Source of the DNA: Microbacterium sp.
GTDB taxonomy: Bacteria; Actinomycetota; Actinomycetes; Actinomycetales; Microbacteriaceae
Reading direction: 5' to 3'
Assembly: GCF_041909575.1 (NCBI RefSeq)
Contig: NZ_JAYRDE010000004.1
Span: 2,748 to 66,747, forward strand
DNA length: 64,000 nt
Shown here: in pieces, positions 10,221 through 20,652 of the stretch
Layout: each line of letters starts with the position of its first letter
Position numbering within the stretch: the stretch's first letter is position 1
Notes under the pieces: generated by a model
What the model saw: the letters and a program-made list of their open reading frames with translations, nothing else
Database searches by the model: none
What the model was told of the DNA's origin: nothing
Position numbers and translations under genes: made by a program

Positions 10221-11602
10221 CGACGATCGCACCGGTCACCGACGCGCGGAGCGGCGTCTACGTCTCCGCGTTCGAGCTGTTCTCCATCGGCATCGGCCCC
10301 TCCTCCTCGCACACGGTGGGGCCGATGCGGGCGGGGCGCGACTTCGCGCGGCGCGTGCTCGCGCAGCACCCACACGACCTCCGTCGCGTCGAGGTGGTCC
10401 TGTACGGATCGCTCGCCGCGACCGGACTCGGCCACGGAACGCCGGATGCCGTCGTCGCCGGGCTCGCCGGGATGGACCCGGAGACCTGCGACCCGGCATC
10501 CGTCCGTGGCGCGTGGTCTGGGCACCGCGCGGGAGAGTCTCTGCCGTTCGGCGGTGTGCTGCCGGTGCCGTTCGACAGCTCCGATGTCGTGCTCGATCCG
10601 TTCACGCGTCCACGTGGGCACCCGAACACACTCCTGCTTCGGGCGTTCACCGCCGAGGCGGTCGTCGAGGAGACATATCTGTCGGTCGGCGGTGGCTTCA
10701 TCCAGCGCGTCGGCGCCGTCGCCGATGAGGCGGCACCTCGCGACGGCGTCCCGGTGTTCCGCACGGCCGCAGAGCTGCTCGCGTTATGCGTCGACGGCCG
10801 GTCCATCGCCGACGTCGCCCGCACCGGTGAACTCGCCTCGCGCCGCGCGGACGAGGTGGCGGCGGGTCTCGACGCGATCTGGGATGCCATGCGCGGCTGT
10901 ATCGAATCGGGCCTCGATGCCGATGGCACCCTGCCGGGCCGGCTCGGTGTTCCGCGGCGTGCCCGCGCGATGCGCGACAGCATCCGGCGGGCGGAGCAGG
11001 CGGGGCGACCGGTCACGACGGACTGGCTGCAGGCGTTCGCCCTCGCAGTGAACGAGGAGAACGCGGGCGGCGGCCGGGTGGTCACCGCGCCCACGAACGG
11101 GGCGGCCGGCATCCTGCCCGCCGTGCTCATGTACTACGTGCGTTTCGAGCCGGGATCGGATGCCGAGGGCGTGCGGACCTTCCTCCTCACTGCCGCCGCG
11201 ATCGGCTCGATCATCAGAGCGAACGCGTCGATCTCCGGAGCGGAGGGCGGATGTCAGGCCGAGGTCGGATCCGCCTGCGCGATGGCGGCCGCCGGCCTGT
11301 GCGCCGTGCTCGGGGGAACGCCCGCGCAGGTCGAGAACGCGGCTGAGATCGCCATGGAGCACCATCTCGGACTCACCTGCGATCCCGTCGCCGGACTCGT
11401 GCAGATCCCCTGCATCGAGCGCAACGCCGTCGCGGCATCGACGGCCGTCACCGCCGCGCGCCTCGCGTTGCACGGCGACGGTCGGCATGTGGTGTCGCTG
11501 GACGCCGTGATCGAGACGATGCGCCAGACCGGGGCCGACATGAGCGAGAAGTATAAGGAGACCAGTCGCGGCGGCCTCGCCGTCAACGTCGTCGAGTGTT
11601 GA
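10217..11602 (+). CDS. sdaA: L-serine ammonia-lyase (Fe-S type)
   Basis: GIGPSSSHTVGPM, TAPTNGAAG, GCQAEVG, LGLTCDP, PCIERN. Confidence 0.95.
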   Translation: MTTIAPVTDARSGVYVSAFELFSIGIGPSSSHTVGPMRAGRDFARRVLAQHPHDLRRVEVVLYGSLAATGLGHGTPDAVVAGLAGMDPETCDPASVRGAWSGHRAGESLPFGGVLPVPFDSSDVVLDPFTRPRGHPNTLLLRAFTAEAVVEETYLSVGGGFIQRVGAVADEAAPRDGVPVFRTAAELLALCVDGRSIADVARTGELASRRADEVAAGLDAIWDAMRGCIESGLDADGTLPGRLGVPRRARAMRDSIRRAEQAGRPVTTDWLQAFALAVNEENAGGGRVVTAPTNGAAGILPAVLMYYVRFEPGSDAEGVRTFLLTAAAIGSIIRANASISGAEGGCQAEVGSACAMAAAGLCAVLGGTPAQVENAAEIAMEHHLGLTCDPVAGLVQIPCIERNAVAASTAVTAARLALHGDGRHVVSLDAVIETMRQTGADMSEKYKETSRGGLAVNVVEC

Positions 11603-11683
11603 CCGCCTCACCCTTTCCCGTGTCTGTCCCGCCGACGAGCTGGACCCATCCCGCTCAGGTGAGACGGGATGAGCGGAGACATG

Positions 11684-11725
11684 AAAAGGGCCCCGAACCT
11701 GCGCCTCTCTGCAGATTCGGGGCCC
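11684..11725 (-). terminator. Rho-independent terminator of nrdHIEF
   Basis: GGGCCCCGAACCTGC/GCAGATTCGGGGCCC stem followed by TTTT on the minus strand. Confidence 0.8.
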
Positions 11726-11762
11726 ACGTCAGCCCGCTCAGGGCCTTCAGAGCTGCGGGAGT

Positions 11763-12761
<999 letters not shown>

Positions 12762-12769
12762 TCAGACCG

Positions 12770-14926
12770 TCAGAGCGTGCACGAGACGCACTCGGACATG
12801 TCGGTGCCCTCGAGCGCCATCTGACGCAGGCGGATGTAGTAGATCGTCTTGATGCCCTTGCGCCAGGCGTAGATCTGAGCCTTGTTGATGTCGCGCGTGG
12901 TCGCGGTGTCCTTGAAGAACAGCGTGAGCGACAGGCCCTGGTCGACGTGCTGGGTGGCGGCGGCGTACGTGTCGATGACCTTCTCGTAGCCGATCTCGTA
13001 GGCGTCCTGGTAGTACTCCAGGTTCTCGTTCGTCATGAACGCCGCCGGGTAGTAGACGCGGCCGAGCTTGCCTTCCTTGCGGATCTCGATCTTGGCCGCG
13101 ATCGGGTGGATCGACGACGTGGAGTTGTTGATGTACGAGATCGAGCCGGTCGGGGGCACCGCCTGCAGGTTCTGGTTGTAGATGCCGTGCTGCTGGATCG
13201 AGGCCTTCAGCGCGCGCCAGTCGTCCTGCGTGGGGATGTGGTGACCCGCGAACATCTCGGTCACCTTGTCGGTCGCGGGGACCCACTCCTGGTCGATGTA
13301 CTTGTCGAAGAACTCCCCCGACGCGTAGGTCGAGTCCTCGAACCCGTCGAAGGTCTCGCCGCGCTCGATGGCGATCTTGTTCGAGGCCGTCAGGGCGTGG
13401 AAGAGCACCGAGTAGAAGTAGATGTTCGTGAAGTCGACACCCTCCTCCGACCCGTAGTGCACGTGCTCGCGGGCGAGGTAGCCGTGGAGGTTCATCTGGC
13501 CCAGGCCGATCGCGTGGGACCGGTCGTTGCCGTCCTCGATGGAGCGCACCGAGGCGATGTGGCTCTGGTCGCTGACCGCGGTGAGGGCACGGATGCTGGT
13601 GTCCACCGTCTTCGCCAGGTCGCCGCCGTCCATCGCGAGCGCGATGTTGAGCGATCCGAGGTTGCAGGAGATGTCCTTGCCGATCTGCGCGTACGAGAGG
13701 TCCTCGTTGTACGTGGTCGGTGTGTTGACCTGGAGGATCTCGGAGCAGAGGTTGGACATGTTGATCCGGCCCTTGATCGGGTTGGCCTTGTTCACCGTGT
13801 CCTCGAACATGATGTACGGGTAGCCCGACTCGAACTGGATCTCGGCGAGGGTCTGGAAGAACTCGCGCGCGTTGATCTTCGTCTTCTTGATGCGCGGATC
13901 GTCGACCATCTCGCGGTACTTCTCGGTGACCGAGATGTCGCCGAACGGCACACCGTAGACCTTCTCGACGTCGTACGGCGAGAAGAGGTACATGTCCTCG
14001 CCGTTCTTGGCGAGCTCGAACGTGATGTCGGGCACGACGACGCCGAGCGACAGCGTCTTGATGCGGATCTTCTCGTCGGCGTTCTCGCGCTTGGTGTCGA
14101 GGAACCGCATGATGTCGGGGTGGTGGGCGCTGAGGTACACCGCGCCGGCGCCCTGACGCGCACCGAGCTGGTTGGCGTAGCTGAAACTGTCTTCGAGCAG
14201 CTTCATGACGGGGATGATGCCCGACGACTGGTTCTCGATCTGCTTGATCGGGGCGCCCGACTCGCGGATGTTCGAGAGCAGGAGGGCCACGCCGCCGCCG
14301 CGCTTGGACAGCTGCAGCGAGGAGTTGATGCCGCGCGAGATCGACTCCATGTTGTCTTCGATGCGCAGCAGGAAGCAGGAGACGAGCTCGCCGCGCTGCG
14401 CCTTGCCGGCGTTGAGGAACGTGGGCGTCGCCGGCTGGAACCGGCCCGAGATGATCTCGTCGACGAGGTTCGTCGCGAGCTTCTGGTCGCCGTCGGCGAG
14501 GGCGAGGGCGGTCATCACGACGCGGTCCTCGAACCGCTCGAGGTAGCGCTTGCCGTCGAACGTCTTCAGCGTGTAGCTCGTGTAGTACTTGAACGCCCCG
14601 AGGAACGTCTCGAAGCGGAACTTCTTGCCGTAGGCGAAGTCGTTGAGCTCCTGGACGAACGAGAACGGGTACTTGTTCAGCACCTCGGGCTCGTAGTACT
14701 CCTTCTCGACCAGGTAGTCGAGGCGCTCCTTCAGCGAGTGGAAGAAGACCGTGTTCTGGTTCACGTGCTGCAGGAAGTACTCCCGTGCGGCGCGCTTGTC
14801 GGCGTCGAACTGGATCTTCCCGTCGGCGTCGTAGAGGTTCAGCATCGCGTTGAGGGCGTGGTAGTCCATGCCCTCGAAGCGCACCTCGGTCTTGAAGTCC
14901 TGCTCGGTCACTGCGGCGTCTGCCAT
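12770..14926 (-). CDS. nrdE: Ribonucleotide reductase class Ib alpha subunit
   Basis: [28 protein letters not shown]-like, IYYIR, C-terminal ECVSC. Confidence 0.97.
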   Translation of the reverse strand: MADAAVTEQDFKTEVRFEGMDYHALNAMLNLYDADGKIQFDADKRAAREYFLQHVNQNTVFFHSLKERLDYLVEKEYYEPEVLNKYPFSFVQELNDFAYGKKFRFETFLGAFKYYTSYTLKTFDGKRYLERFEDRVVMTALALADGDQKLATNLVDEIISGRFQPATPTFLNAGKAQRGELVSCFLLRIEDNMESISRGINSSLQLSKRGGGVALLLSNIRESGAPIKQIENQSSGIIPVMKLLEDSFSYANQLGARQGAGAVYLSAHHPDIMRFLDTKRENADEKIRIKTLSLGVVVPDITFELAKNGEDMYLFSPYDVEKVYGVPFGDISVTEKYREMVDDPRIKKTKINAREFFQTLAEIQFESGYPYIMFEDTVNKANPIKGRINMSNLCSEILQVNTPTTYNEDLSYAQIGKDISCNLGSLNIALAMDGGDLAKTVDTSIRALTAVSDQSHIASVRSIEDGNDRSHAIGLGQMNLHGYLAREHVHYGSEEGVDFTNIYFYSVLFHALTASNKIAIERGETFDGFEDSTYASGEFFDKYIDQEWVPATDKVTEMFAGHHIPTQDDWRALKASIQQHGIYNQNLQAVPPTGSISYINNSTSSIHPIAAKIEIRKEGKLGRVYYPAAFMTNENLEYYQDAYEIGYEKVIDTYAAATQHVDQGLSLTLFFKDTATTRDINKAQIYAWRKGIKTIYYIRLRQMALEGTDMSECVSCTL

Positions 14927-15372
14927 CTTTCCAATCCCTCGCTCACGCGTTCCACGTCTTCAGGCGTGCCGAATACTTCGAGCCGGTACAAGTGCGGCAC
15001 ATGACACTTGCGGCTGATGATGTCGCCGGCGATGCAGAAGTGCTCGCCGAAGTTGGTGTTGCCCGCGGAGATCACTCCGCGAATCAGGCGCCGGTTTCGC
15101 TCGTCGTTGAGGAAGCGGATCACCTGCTTGGGAACGGCACCCTTCTCCTCGCCCCTGCCCTGGCCTCCGCCATAGGTCGGGGTGACGAGGATGAACGGTT
15201 CGTCGACCACGAGGGGCGGGTCCGCATGATGCAGCGGAATCCGCACCGCCCTCGCTCCCAGCTTCTCGATGAAGCGTGCCGTGTTGCCCGAGACGCTCGA
15301 GAAGTAGACGAGGAGCGGGGTCGCGGTCCGGCGCCCGGCAACCGCGTCTCGCTGTGCGACCGCGGTTGCCAT
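14908..15372 (-). CDS. nrdI: NrdI flavodoxin
   Basis: [27 protein letters not shown] motifs; start moved to ATG 15372. Confidence 0.95.
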   Translation of the reverse strand: MATAVAQRDAVAGRRTATPLLVYFSSVSGNTARFIEKLGARAVRIPLHHADPPLVVDEPFILVTPTYGGGQGRGEEKGAVPKQVIRFLNDERNRRLIRGVISAGNTNFGEHFCIAGDIISRKCHVPHLYRLEVFGTPEDVERVSEGLERWQTPQ

Positions 15373-15376
15373 GGCG

Positions 15377-15610
15377 TCACGCGAGCCGCGAGGCGAGCTC
15401 GTCGATCTTGTCGGGACGGAAGCCCGACCAGTGGTCTTCATCGGTGATGACGACCGGCGCCTGGAGGTACCCCAGCGCCTTGACCTGCTCGAGGGCCGAA
15501 GGGTCCTCCGAAAGGTCGTGGATCTCGTATTCGATGCCCTTCGAGTCCAGTGCTCGGTAGGTCGCCGTGCACTGTACGCACGCAGGCTTTGTGTAGACGG
15601 TGATCGCCAT
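15377..15610 (-). CDS. nrdH: NrdH glutaredoxin-like protein
   Basis: [12 protein letters not shown] (CVQC), QAPVV, WSGFRPD; RBS GGGAGAG; start ATG 15610. Confidence 0.96.
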   Translation of the reverse strand: MAITVYTKPACVQCTATYRALDSKGIEYEIHDLSEDPSALEQVKALGYLQAPVVITDEDHWSGFRPDKIDELASRLA

Positions 15611-15672
15611 ATCGATCCTGTCTCTCCCCTCAGATCCGCTTGTTCTCCGGCAGGCCCCCCACCGGGAGTCCA

Positions 15673-15694
15673 ATACTACATATGGGTACCGACA
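15673..15694 (-). promoter_or_regulatory. PafBC-type (RecA-NDp) promoter of nrdH
   Basis: Minus strand TGTCGG-N10-TAGTAT, an exact match to TGTCGG-N10-TA-N3-T. Confidence 0.7.
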
Positions 15695-15720
15695 TTCGAT
15701 AGCACCACAAGGGCTAGTAG
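15673..15720 (-). promoter_or_regulatory. Two tandem NrdR boxes upstream of nrdH
   Basis: Minus strand TACCCATATGTAGTAT (15673-15688) and CTACTAGCCCTTGTGG (15705-15720), 32 bp apart; they match the acaCwAtATaTwGtgt consensus imperfectly. Confidence 0.75.
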
Positions 15721-15734
15721 TTACATCAGTGTGA

Positions 15735-15911
15735 TTTTCCACCGCTCTCCCCATGTACAACACAGGTTCTCCACCGTTTCATCCACAGGAGGAGCCCTGA
15801 TCTCGAACCTGGAAAAAGCCTGAATCACGCGCTTTTCGGATGCCGCTCGCGCAGCTCTCCACAGGTGGGACGCTAAACGGGGCATCCGACATCGGATCTG
15901 CCTGTGGATGA
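15735..15911. promoter_or_regulatory. Cluster of DnaA-box-like 9-mers
   Basis: TTTTCCACC 15735, TTCTCCACC 15767, TCATCCACA 15779, CTCTCCACA 15855, TGTGGATGA 15903 (1-2 mismatches to TTATCCACA). Confidence 0.5.
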
Positions 15912-15961
15912 CCGTCTTCGGCGTGTCGCGGCGTGTCGCAGCCGGGCGCTAACGTTGTCGG

Positions 15962-17167
15962 GTGGCGGGCTACCGGGATCTTCTTCGCACACCGGGAGTC
16001 GGGCGCATCATCGCCGCCCAGCTCACCGCTCGGTTCCCGAACGGCATGACCAGCCTCGCGATCCTGCTGCACATCGAGTACGTCACGGGCTCCTACGGCG
16101 CGGCCGGTCTCGTGCTCGCCGCCGCATCGATCGGGCAGGCGATCGCCGGCCCCGTCACCAGCCGCTGGATGGGCCGCTGGGGCATGCGCCCCGTCATCAC
16201 GGCCACCATGATCGTCTGCGCGCTGTCGATCACCGCCATCGCCCTCATCACCCTTCCCGTGCCCGGCTACATGGCGCTCGGCTTCGTCAGCGGACTCTCC
16301 ACGCCGCCGATCCAGTCCGCCGCGCGAACGATCTACCCGAAGCTCGTCACGGCCAAGCAGCTGACACCGCTCTTCTCCCTCGACGCCTCACTGCAGGAGA
16401 TCATCTGGATCATCGCCCCGGTGGTCATCACCCTCGTGGCGACGCAGGTCGGCACTGTCCCCGCCCTGCTGCTCATCGTCGTCATCCTCCTCGGCGGCGG
16501 CGCGTGGTTCGTCCTCTCCCCCGAGGTCGGGCGCGTCCGCATCCCGCGCAGCCGGCGCAGCATCGGCAAGGTCCTCACCAAGACGCCCGTGCTCCTCGCC
16601 ACGGTCGTCGGGTTCCTGCTGATCGGCGCGTGCTCGGCGGTCGAGGCCGGCGTCGTGGCGACGTTCGACCACGGCGGACTCGAGGCGGGGATCGTGCTCG
16701 CGCTCTTCTCGGTCGGCAGCCTCGCAGGCGGCCTGTCGTTCGGGCACATCCCGATCGGCCCGTGGGCGATGGCGCGCCGGCTCGCGATCGTGACCGTCGG
16801 CCTCTCCCTCACCATCGTGTCGCTCGACGTGTTCTGGCTCGGCGGCACCCTCGTGCTCGCCGGCATCGGCATCGCCCCCGCCCTCGCGGTGCTCTTCGCG
16901 ATGACCTCGGCGAGCGTCAAATTCAGCGACACCGCCGAGGCGTTCGGCTGGGTCGGCACCGGCCAGCTCATCGGCGCCGCGGCCGGATCGGCCATCGCCG
17001 GCTTCCTCATCGACGACATCGGGCCCACCGGTGCCTACATCGCGGCCACGGCGTTCGCGGTCGCCGGGCTCCTCGTCGCGATCGTGTTCGTCCGCGGATT
17101 CCCCGACCTCCGCGGCCGCGACGCGAGCCCCATCCCCGACACCGAGCCGGTCCACACGATCACCTGA
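15962..17167 (+). CDS. MFS transporter (actinobacterial 12-TM)
   Basis: RWMGRWGMR motif A-like loop; 12 hydrophobic segments. Confidence 0.9.
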   Translation: MAGYRDLLRTPGVGRIIAAQLTARFPNGMTSLAILLHIEYVTGSYGAAGLVLAAASIGQAIAGPVTSRWMGRWGMRPVITATMIVCALSITAIALITLPVPGYMALGFVSGLSTPPIQSAARTIYPKLVTAKQLTPLFSLDASLQEIIWIIAPVVITLVATQVGTVPALLLIVVILLGGGAWFVLSPEVGRVRIPRSRRSIGKVLTKTPVLLATVVGFLLIGACSAVEAGVVATFDHGGLEAGIVLALFSVGSLAGGLSFGHIPIGPWAMARRLAIVTVGLSLTIVSLDVFWLGGTLVLAGIGIAPALAVLFAMTSASVKFSDTAEAFGWVGTGQLIGAAAGSAIAGFLIDDIGPTGAYIAATAFAVAGLLVAIVFVRGFPDLRGRDASPIPDTEPVHTIT

Positions 17168-17235
17168 TCGACTGCCGAAGCCCGCCACAGCGATCCCATG
17201 GCCGCCGCATAGCCCGGTGGGGTTGCCTCGTTCCC

Positions 17236-18126
17236 ATGAGAGACGACGACACCCGCTGGACCGACGCGAACGGCCGGGTCATCGACGAGGACCACCGCGG
17301 TCTCGTCTATGACATCCGCACGCTCATCGACCGCCGCCGTGCGCTGGGCATCTTCGGCGGGGTCGCCCTCACGAGCCTCCTCGCGGCATGCGGCGCCAAG
17401 AGCGAAGCGGATGCCTCGGACGGCCCGACTGCGTCGCCTTCCGCGACGGCGAGCGCGACGCCGAGTCCCACCGCGAGCGCCGCTGCCGAGGCATCCGTCC
17501 CCCTCGACGAGGTGCCCGACGAGACCGCGGGCCCGTACCCGGGCGACGGCTCGAACGGGGTGAACGTCCTCGACGACTCGGGCATCGTGCGCGCCGACAT
17601 CCGCTCGAGCTTCGGATCGTCGACGACGACGGCGGCGGGTGTCCCGCTCACGATCGCGCTGACGGTGCGGGATGCCGCGACCGGCGCAGCTCTCGCGGGG
17701 CGCGGCGTCTACCTGTGGCACTGCGACCGGGAGGGCCGGTACTCGCTCTACAGTCAGGGCGTCGAGAACGAGAACTACCTGCGCGGCGTGCAGGAGACCG
17801 ACCAGAACGGAACCGTGCGGTTCACGTCGATCTACCCGGCCTGCTACTCGGGCCGCTGGCCGCACATCCACTTCGAGGTGTACGAGGACGTCGCGACCGC
17901 CGTGGCTTCGGGTCCGATCGTCAAGACGTCGCAGATCGCCCTCCCGGACGAGACCAACGCGGCCGTGTACGCGACGGCGGGCTACGAGCAGAGTGTGCGC
18001 AACGCCTCCCAGGTGTCGCTGCAGAGCGACAACGTGTTCGGCGAAGACGGCGGCATCCACCAGATCGCGTCCATGTCGGGCTCGGTCTCGGCGGGATACA
18101 TCGCGTCGCTCACGATCGGGGTGTGA
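17236..18126 (+). CDS. Intradiol ring-cleavage dioxygenase-like lipoprotein
   Basis: RRR + hydrophobic stretch + LAAC lipobox; ETAGPYPGD, WHCDREGRYS, YLRGVQ, YPACYSGRWPHIHF. Confidence 0.85.
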   Translation: MRDDDTRWTDANGRVIDEDHRGLVYDIRTLIDRRRALGIFGGVALTSLLAACGAKSEADASDGPTASPSATASATPSPTASAAAEASVPLDEVPDETAGPYPGDGSNGVNVLDDSGIVRADIRSSFGSSTTTAAGVPLTIALTVRDAATGAALAGRGVYLWHCDREGRYSLYSQGVENENYLRGVQETDQNGTVRFTSIYPACYSGRWPHIHFEVYEDVATAVASGPIVKTSQIALPDETNAAVYATAGYEQSVRNASQVSLQSDNVFGEDGGIHQIASMSGSVSAGYIASLTIGV

Positions 18127-18139
18127 CCACGCGGCCGGG

Positions 18140-18544
18140 TCACGCGAGTCGGCGCAGCTGCTCCAGGAGCGCCAGGGCGTAGGCGTCGGCGGGCTCGGGA
18201 TGCTCGAACACCCGCGCCGTGCCCGCGAGGTCGATCTCGACCTCGAACGCGTCGGGCAGTCGCCGCAGCGCCCGGAACGAGCGCCCGAGCATCTCGCGCA
18301 GCTGACTCTCGTGCGGCAGCCACAGCGCGTCCTCGAGCGCGACGGAGTCCAGCGCCCACTCGGTCGTGCCGTTGAAGGCGAGGATGCGCCCCGTCGGATA
18401 CTCGCGCGGCTCGATGGTCATCTCGCTCACCGTGAAGACGTCGGCCTCGAACTCGGGCTCGTCCAGCTGGAAGCGGTCGCCCGAGCGCGGCCGCCACGAC
18501 AGGCCGGCATCGCGCAGGGCCTGGGCCAGGTCGGTCGAGATCAT
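18140..18544 (-). CDS. Conserved actinobacterial hypothetical protein
   Basis: Typical codon usage; LRDAGLSWRP..GDRF and LWLPHESQLR motifs; fits the gap between flanking genes. Confidence 0.7.
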   Translation of the reverse strand: MISTDLAQALRDAGLSWRPRSGDRFQLDEPEFEADVFTVSEMTIEPREYPTGRILAFNGTTEWALDSVALEDALWLPHESQLREMLGRSFRALRRLPDAFEVEIDLAGTARVFEHPEPADAYALALLEQLRRLA

Positions 18545-18620
18545 GGGTCCATTGTCCCCGCGGCCGGGAGGTCAGGGGCCGACGCACCGGACGGCCCCCG
18601 GGGATCCGTAGCATGGCGGT

Positions 18621-19379
18621 ATGCCTGCACCCGTGACGCTCCCCCGCCTCTCGTGGGGCGATCCCGCCGCCGAACGCCGCGCCCTGCTCGTCCACGGGCT
18701 GGGCTCGAACGCCCCCCTGATGTGGCGCTACGGGGTCGCGCTGGCCGACGCCGGCTGGCGCGCCGACGCGGTCGATCTGCGCGGACACGGCACGGCGCCG
18801 CGGACGCTGGACTACACGCTCACCGCCTACGGCGCCGACCTCGCCGCCACCCACCCGCACGACGGCGGCGCATGGGACCTCGTGATCGGCCATTCGCTCG
18901 GCGGCGCGGCGGCGACGCTGGCAGCGGCAGCCGATCCCTCGTGGACGCGGCACCTGGTGCTCATCGATCCCGCCCTCTCGCTGACCGACCACGACCGCGA
19001 TGTCGTGCGCGCGAGCCAGGAGGACTCCTTCGCCGACCCGACGATGCGCGCGGTCCGGGCGGCGCACCCCGACTGGCACGACCAGGACGTCGAGCTCAAG
19101 GCGCTGTCGGCGCAGCAGGCGAGCCGGTGGGCCGTCGAGCAGACGAGCGCGCAGAATCCGGAATGGGACGTGACGGATGCCGCGGCCGCCCTGGCCGTGC
19201 CCACGCACGTGATCGCGTCCGACCCAGAGGTGTACAGCATCTTCGCCGGCAAGCCCGCCGAGTCCGTCGTCGCGGCCAACCCGCTGATCACGATGTCGGT
19301 GGTCGCCGGCGCCGGCCACTCGCCCCACCGCGACGAGCCCGAGGCCACGATCGCCGCCCTCCGCGAGGTGCTCGCGTGA
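18621..19379 (+). CDS. Alpha/beta hydrolase
   Basis: LVHGLGS, GHSLGG nucleophile elbow, AGHSPH. Confidence 0.9.
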   Translation: MPAPVTLPRLSWGDPAAERRALLVHGLGSNAPLMWRYGVALADAGWRADAVDLRGHGTAPRTLDYTLTAYGADLAATHPHDGGAWDLVIGHSLGGAAATLAAAADPSWTRHLVLIDPALSLTDHDRDVVRASQEDSFADPTMRAVRAAHPDWHDQDVELKALSAQQASRWAVEQTSAQNPEWDVTDAAAALAVPTHVIASDPEVYSIFAGKPAESVVAANPLITMSVVAGAGHSPHRDEPEATIAALREVLA

Positions 19380-20548
19380 GCGCGTTCGACCCCGAGGCGC
19401 TGCTGCCCGACGACCTCATCGCCCGCATCCGCGAGCGCGCCCCGATCCACGACCGCGACAACACGTTCCCCGACGCCGACCTGGCCGAGCTGCGCGAGGC
19501 CGGGTATCTCTCGATCCTCGTCCCCGCCGAGCTGGGGGGTGCGGGGCTCGGCCTCGCCGAAGCATCCGTCCTGCAGCAGCGGCTGGCCGGCGCCGCACCG
19601 GCGACGGCGCTCGCGGTGAACATGCACCTCGTCTGGACGGGCGTCGCCAAGGTGCTCGCCGACCGCGGCATCGACGCACTCCGGTTCGTCCAGGAGGGCG
19701 CGGCCGCGGGCGAGGTCTTCGCGTTCGGCATCAGCGAGGCGGGCAATGACCTGGTGCTGTTCGGCAGCGGGACGGATGCCGCTCCCCGCGCCGACGGAGG
19801 CTACGCCTTCACCGGCACGAAGATCTTCACCTCGCTCGCACCGGTGTGGACGCAGCTCGGCCTGCACGGCCTGGACACGACGTCGCCGGACGCCCCGAAG
19901 ATGGTCTACGCCTTCGTGCCACGGGACGAGGAGGCCGCCGGCCGCGTGATCACGCGCGACGACTGGGACACCCTCGGGATGCGCGGCACGCAGTCGCGCA
20001 CGACCGAGCTGCACGGCGCCGTCGCCCCCGCCGATCGGGTCGCGCGCCGCATCGACCCCGGCCCGAATCCCGATCCGCTCGTGTTCGGCATCTTCAGCGT
20101 CTTCGAGATCCTGCTGGCCTCGGTCTACACCGGCGTGGCGCGCCGCGCGCTCGACGTCGCGGTCGACGCGGCGGGGCGGCGGACATCGAAGAAGTCGGGC
20201 AAGCCGTACAGCCAGGATCCCGACATCCGCTGGCGCATCGCCGGAATGGCGCTGGCCTACGACGCGCTGCCACCGCAGCTGGATGCCCTCGCGCGCGATG
20301 TCGACGAGCGGGCCGATCACGTTGCGCGCTGGTTCTCGCTCCTCGCCGGCCTCAAGCACCGGGCCGTCGTCGCGGCGAAGTCGATCGTCGATGACGCCGT
20401 GCTGGTCGCGGGCGGATCCTCGTACTTCGCATCGCACGAGCTCGGCCGCCTCTACCGCGACGTGCTCGCCGGACTGTTCCATCCGAGCGACCCGGAATCG
20501 GCGCACGCGACCGTCGCATCGGCGTGGCTGGGACCGCTCGAGGACTGA
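19376..20548 (+). CDS. Acyl-CoA dehydrogenase superfamily flavoprotein
   Basis: AVNMH, FGISE, FTGTKIFTS, WDTLGMRGTQS, GGSSY...RLYRD; GTGA overlap with the hydrolase. Confidence 0.9.
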   Translation: MSAFDPEALLPDDLIARIRERAPIHDRDNTFPDADLAELREAGYLSILVPAELGGAGLGLAEASVLQQRLAGAAPATALAVNMHLVWTGVAKVLADRGIDALRFVQEGAAAGEVFAFGISEAGNDLVLFGSGTDAAPRADGGYAFTGTKIFTSLAPVWTQLGLHGLDTTSPDAPKMVYAFVPRDEEAAGRVITRDDWDTLGMRGTQSRTTELHGAVAPADRVARRIDPGPNPDPLVFGIFSVFEILLASVYTGVARRALDVAVDAAGRRTSKKSGKPYSQDPDIRWRIAGMALAYDALPPQLDALARDVDERADHVARWFSLLAGLKHRAVVAAKSIVDDAVLVAGGSSYFASHELGRLYRDVLAGLFHPSDPESAHATVASAWLGPLED

Positions 20549-20652
20549 CCCTGTCGCGGGTGCGGGCGCGGGGCTAGACTCCGGCCAGCCGGTCGAACAC
20601 GACCGCCGGGCATCACCTCCCCTCGCCGGGGCCGATCGAAATCGAGGCTGAC

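Noticed and set aside
12770-14926. Intein or intron in nrdE
   Set aside because: The length (718 aa) is normal and the motifs are contiguous, with no insertion.
18140-18544. Pilus assembly protein CpaE (a label I recall being attached to similar proteins)
   Set aside because: Only 134 aa, with no receiver or ParA-like ATPase motifs and no tad genes nearby.
15904-20548. Very long ORFs 15904-18126 and 17672-20548 as single proteins
   Set aside because: Their N-terminal parts are Arg/Pro-rich off-frame read-through of real genes. True starts are at 17236 and 19376. The same applies to 22456, 23799, 34450, 46750, 47340, 49315 and 51077.
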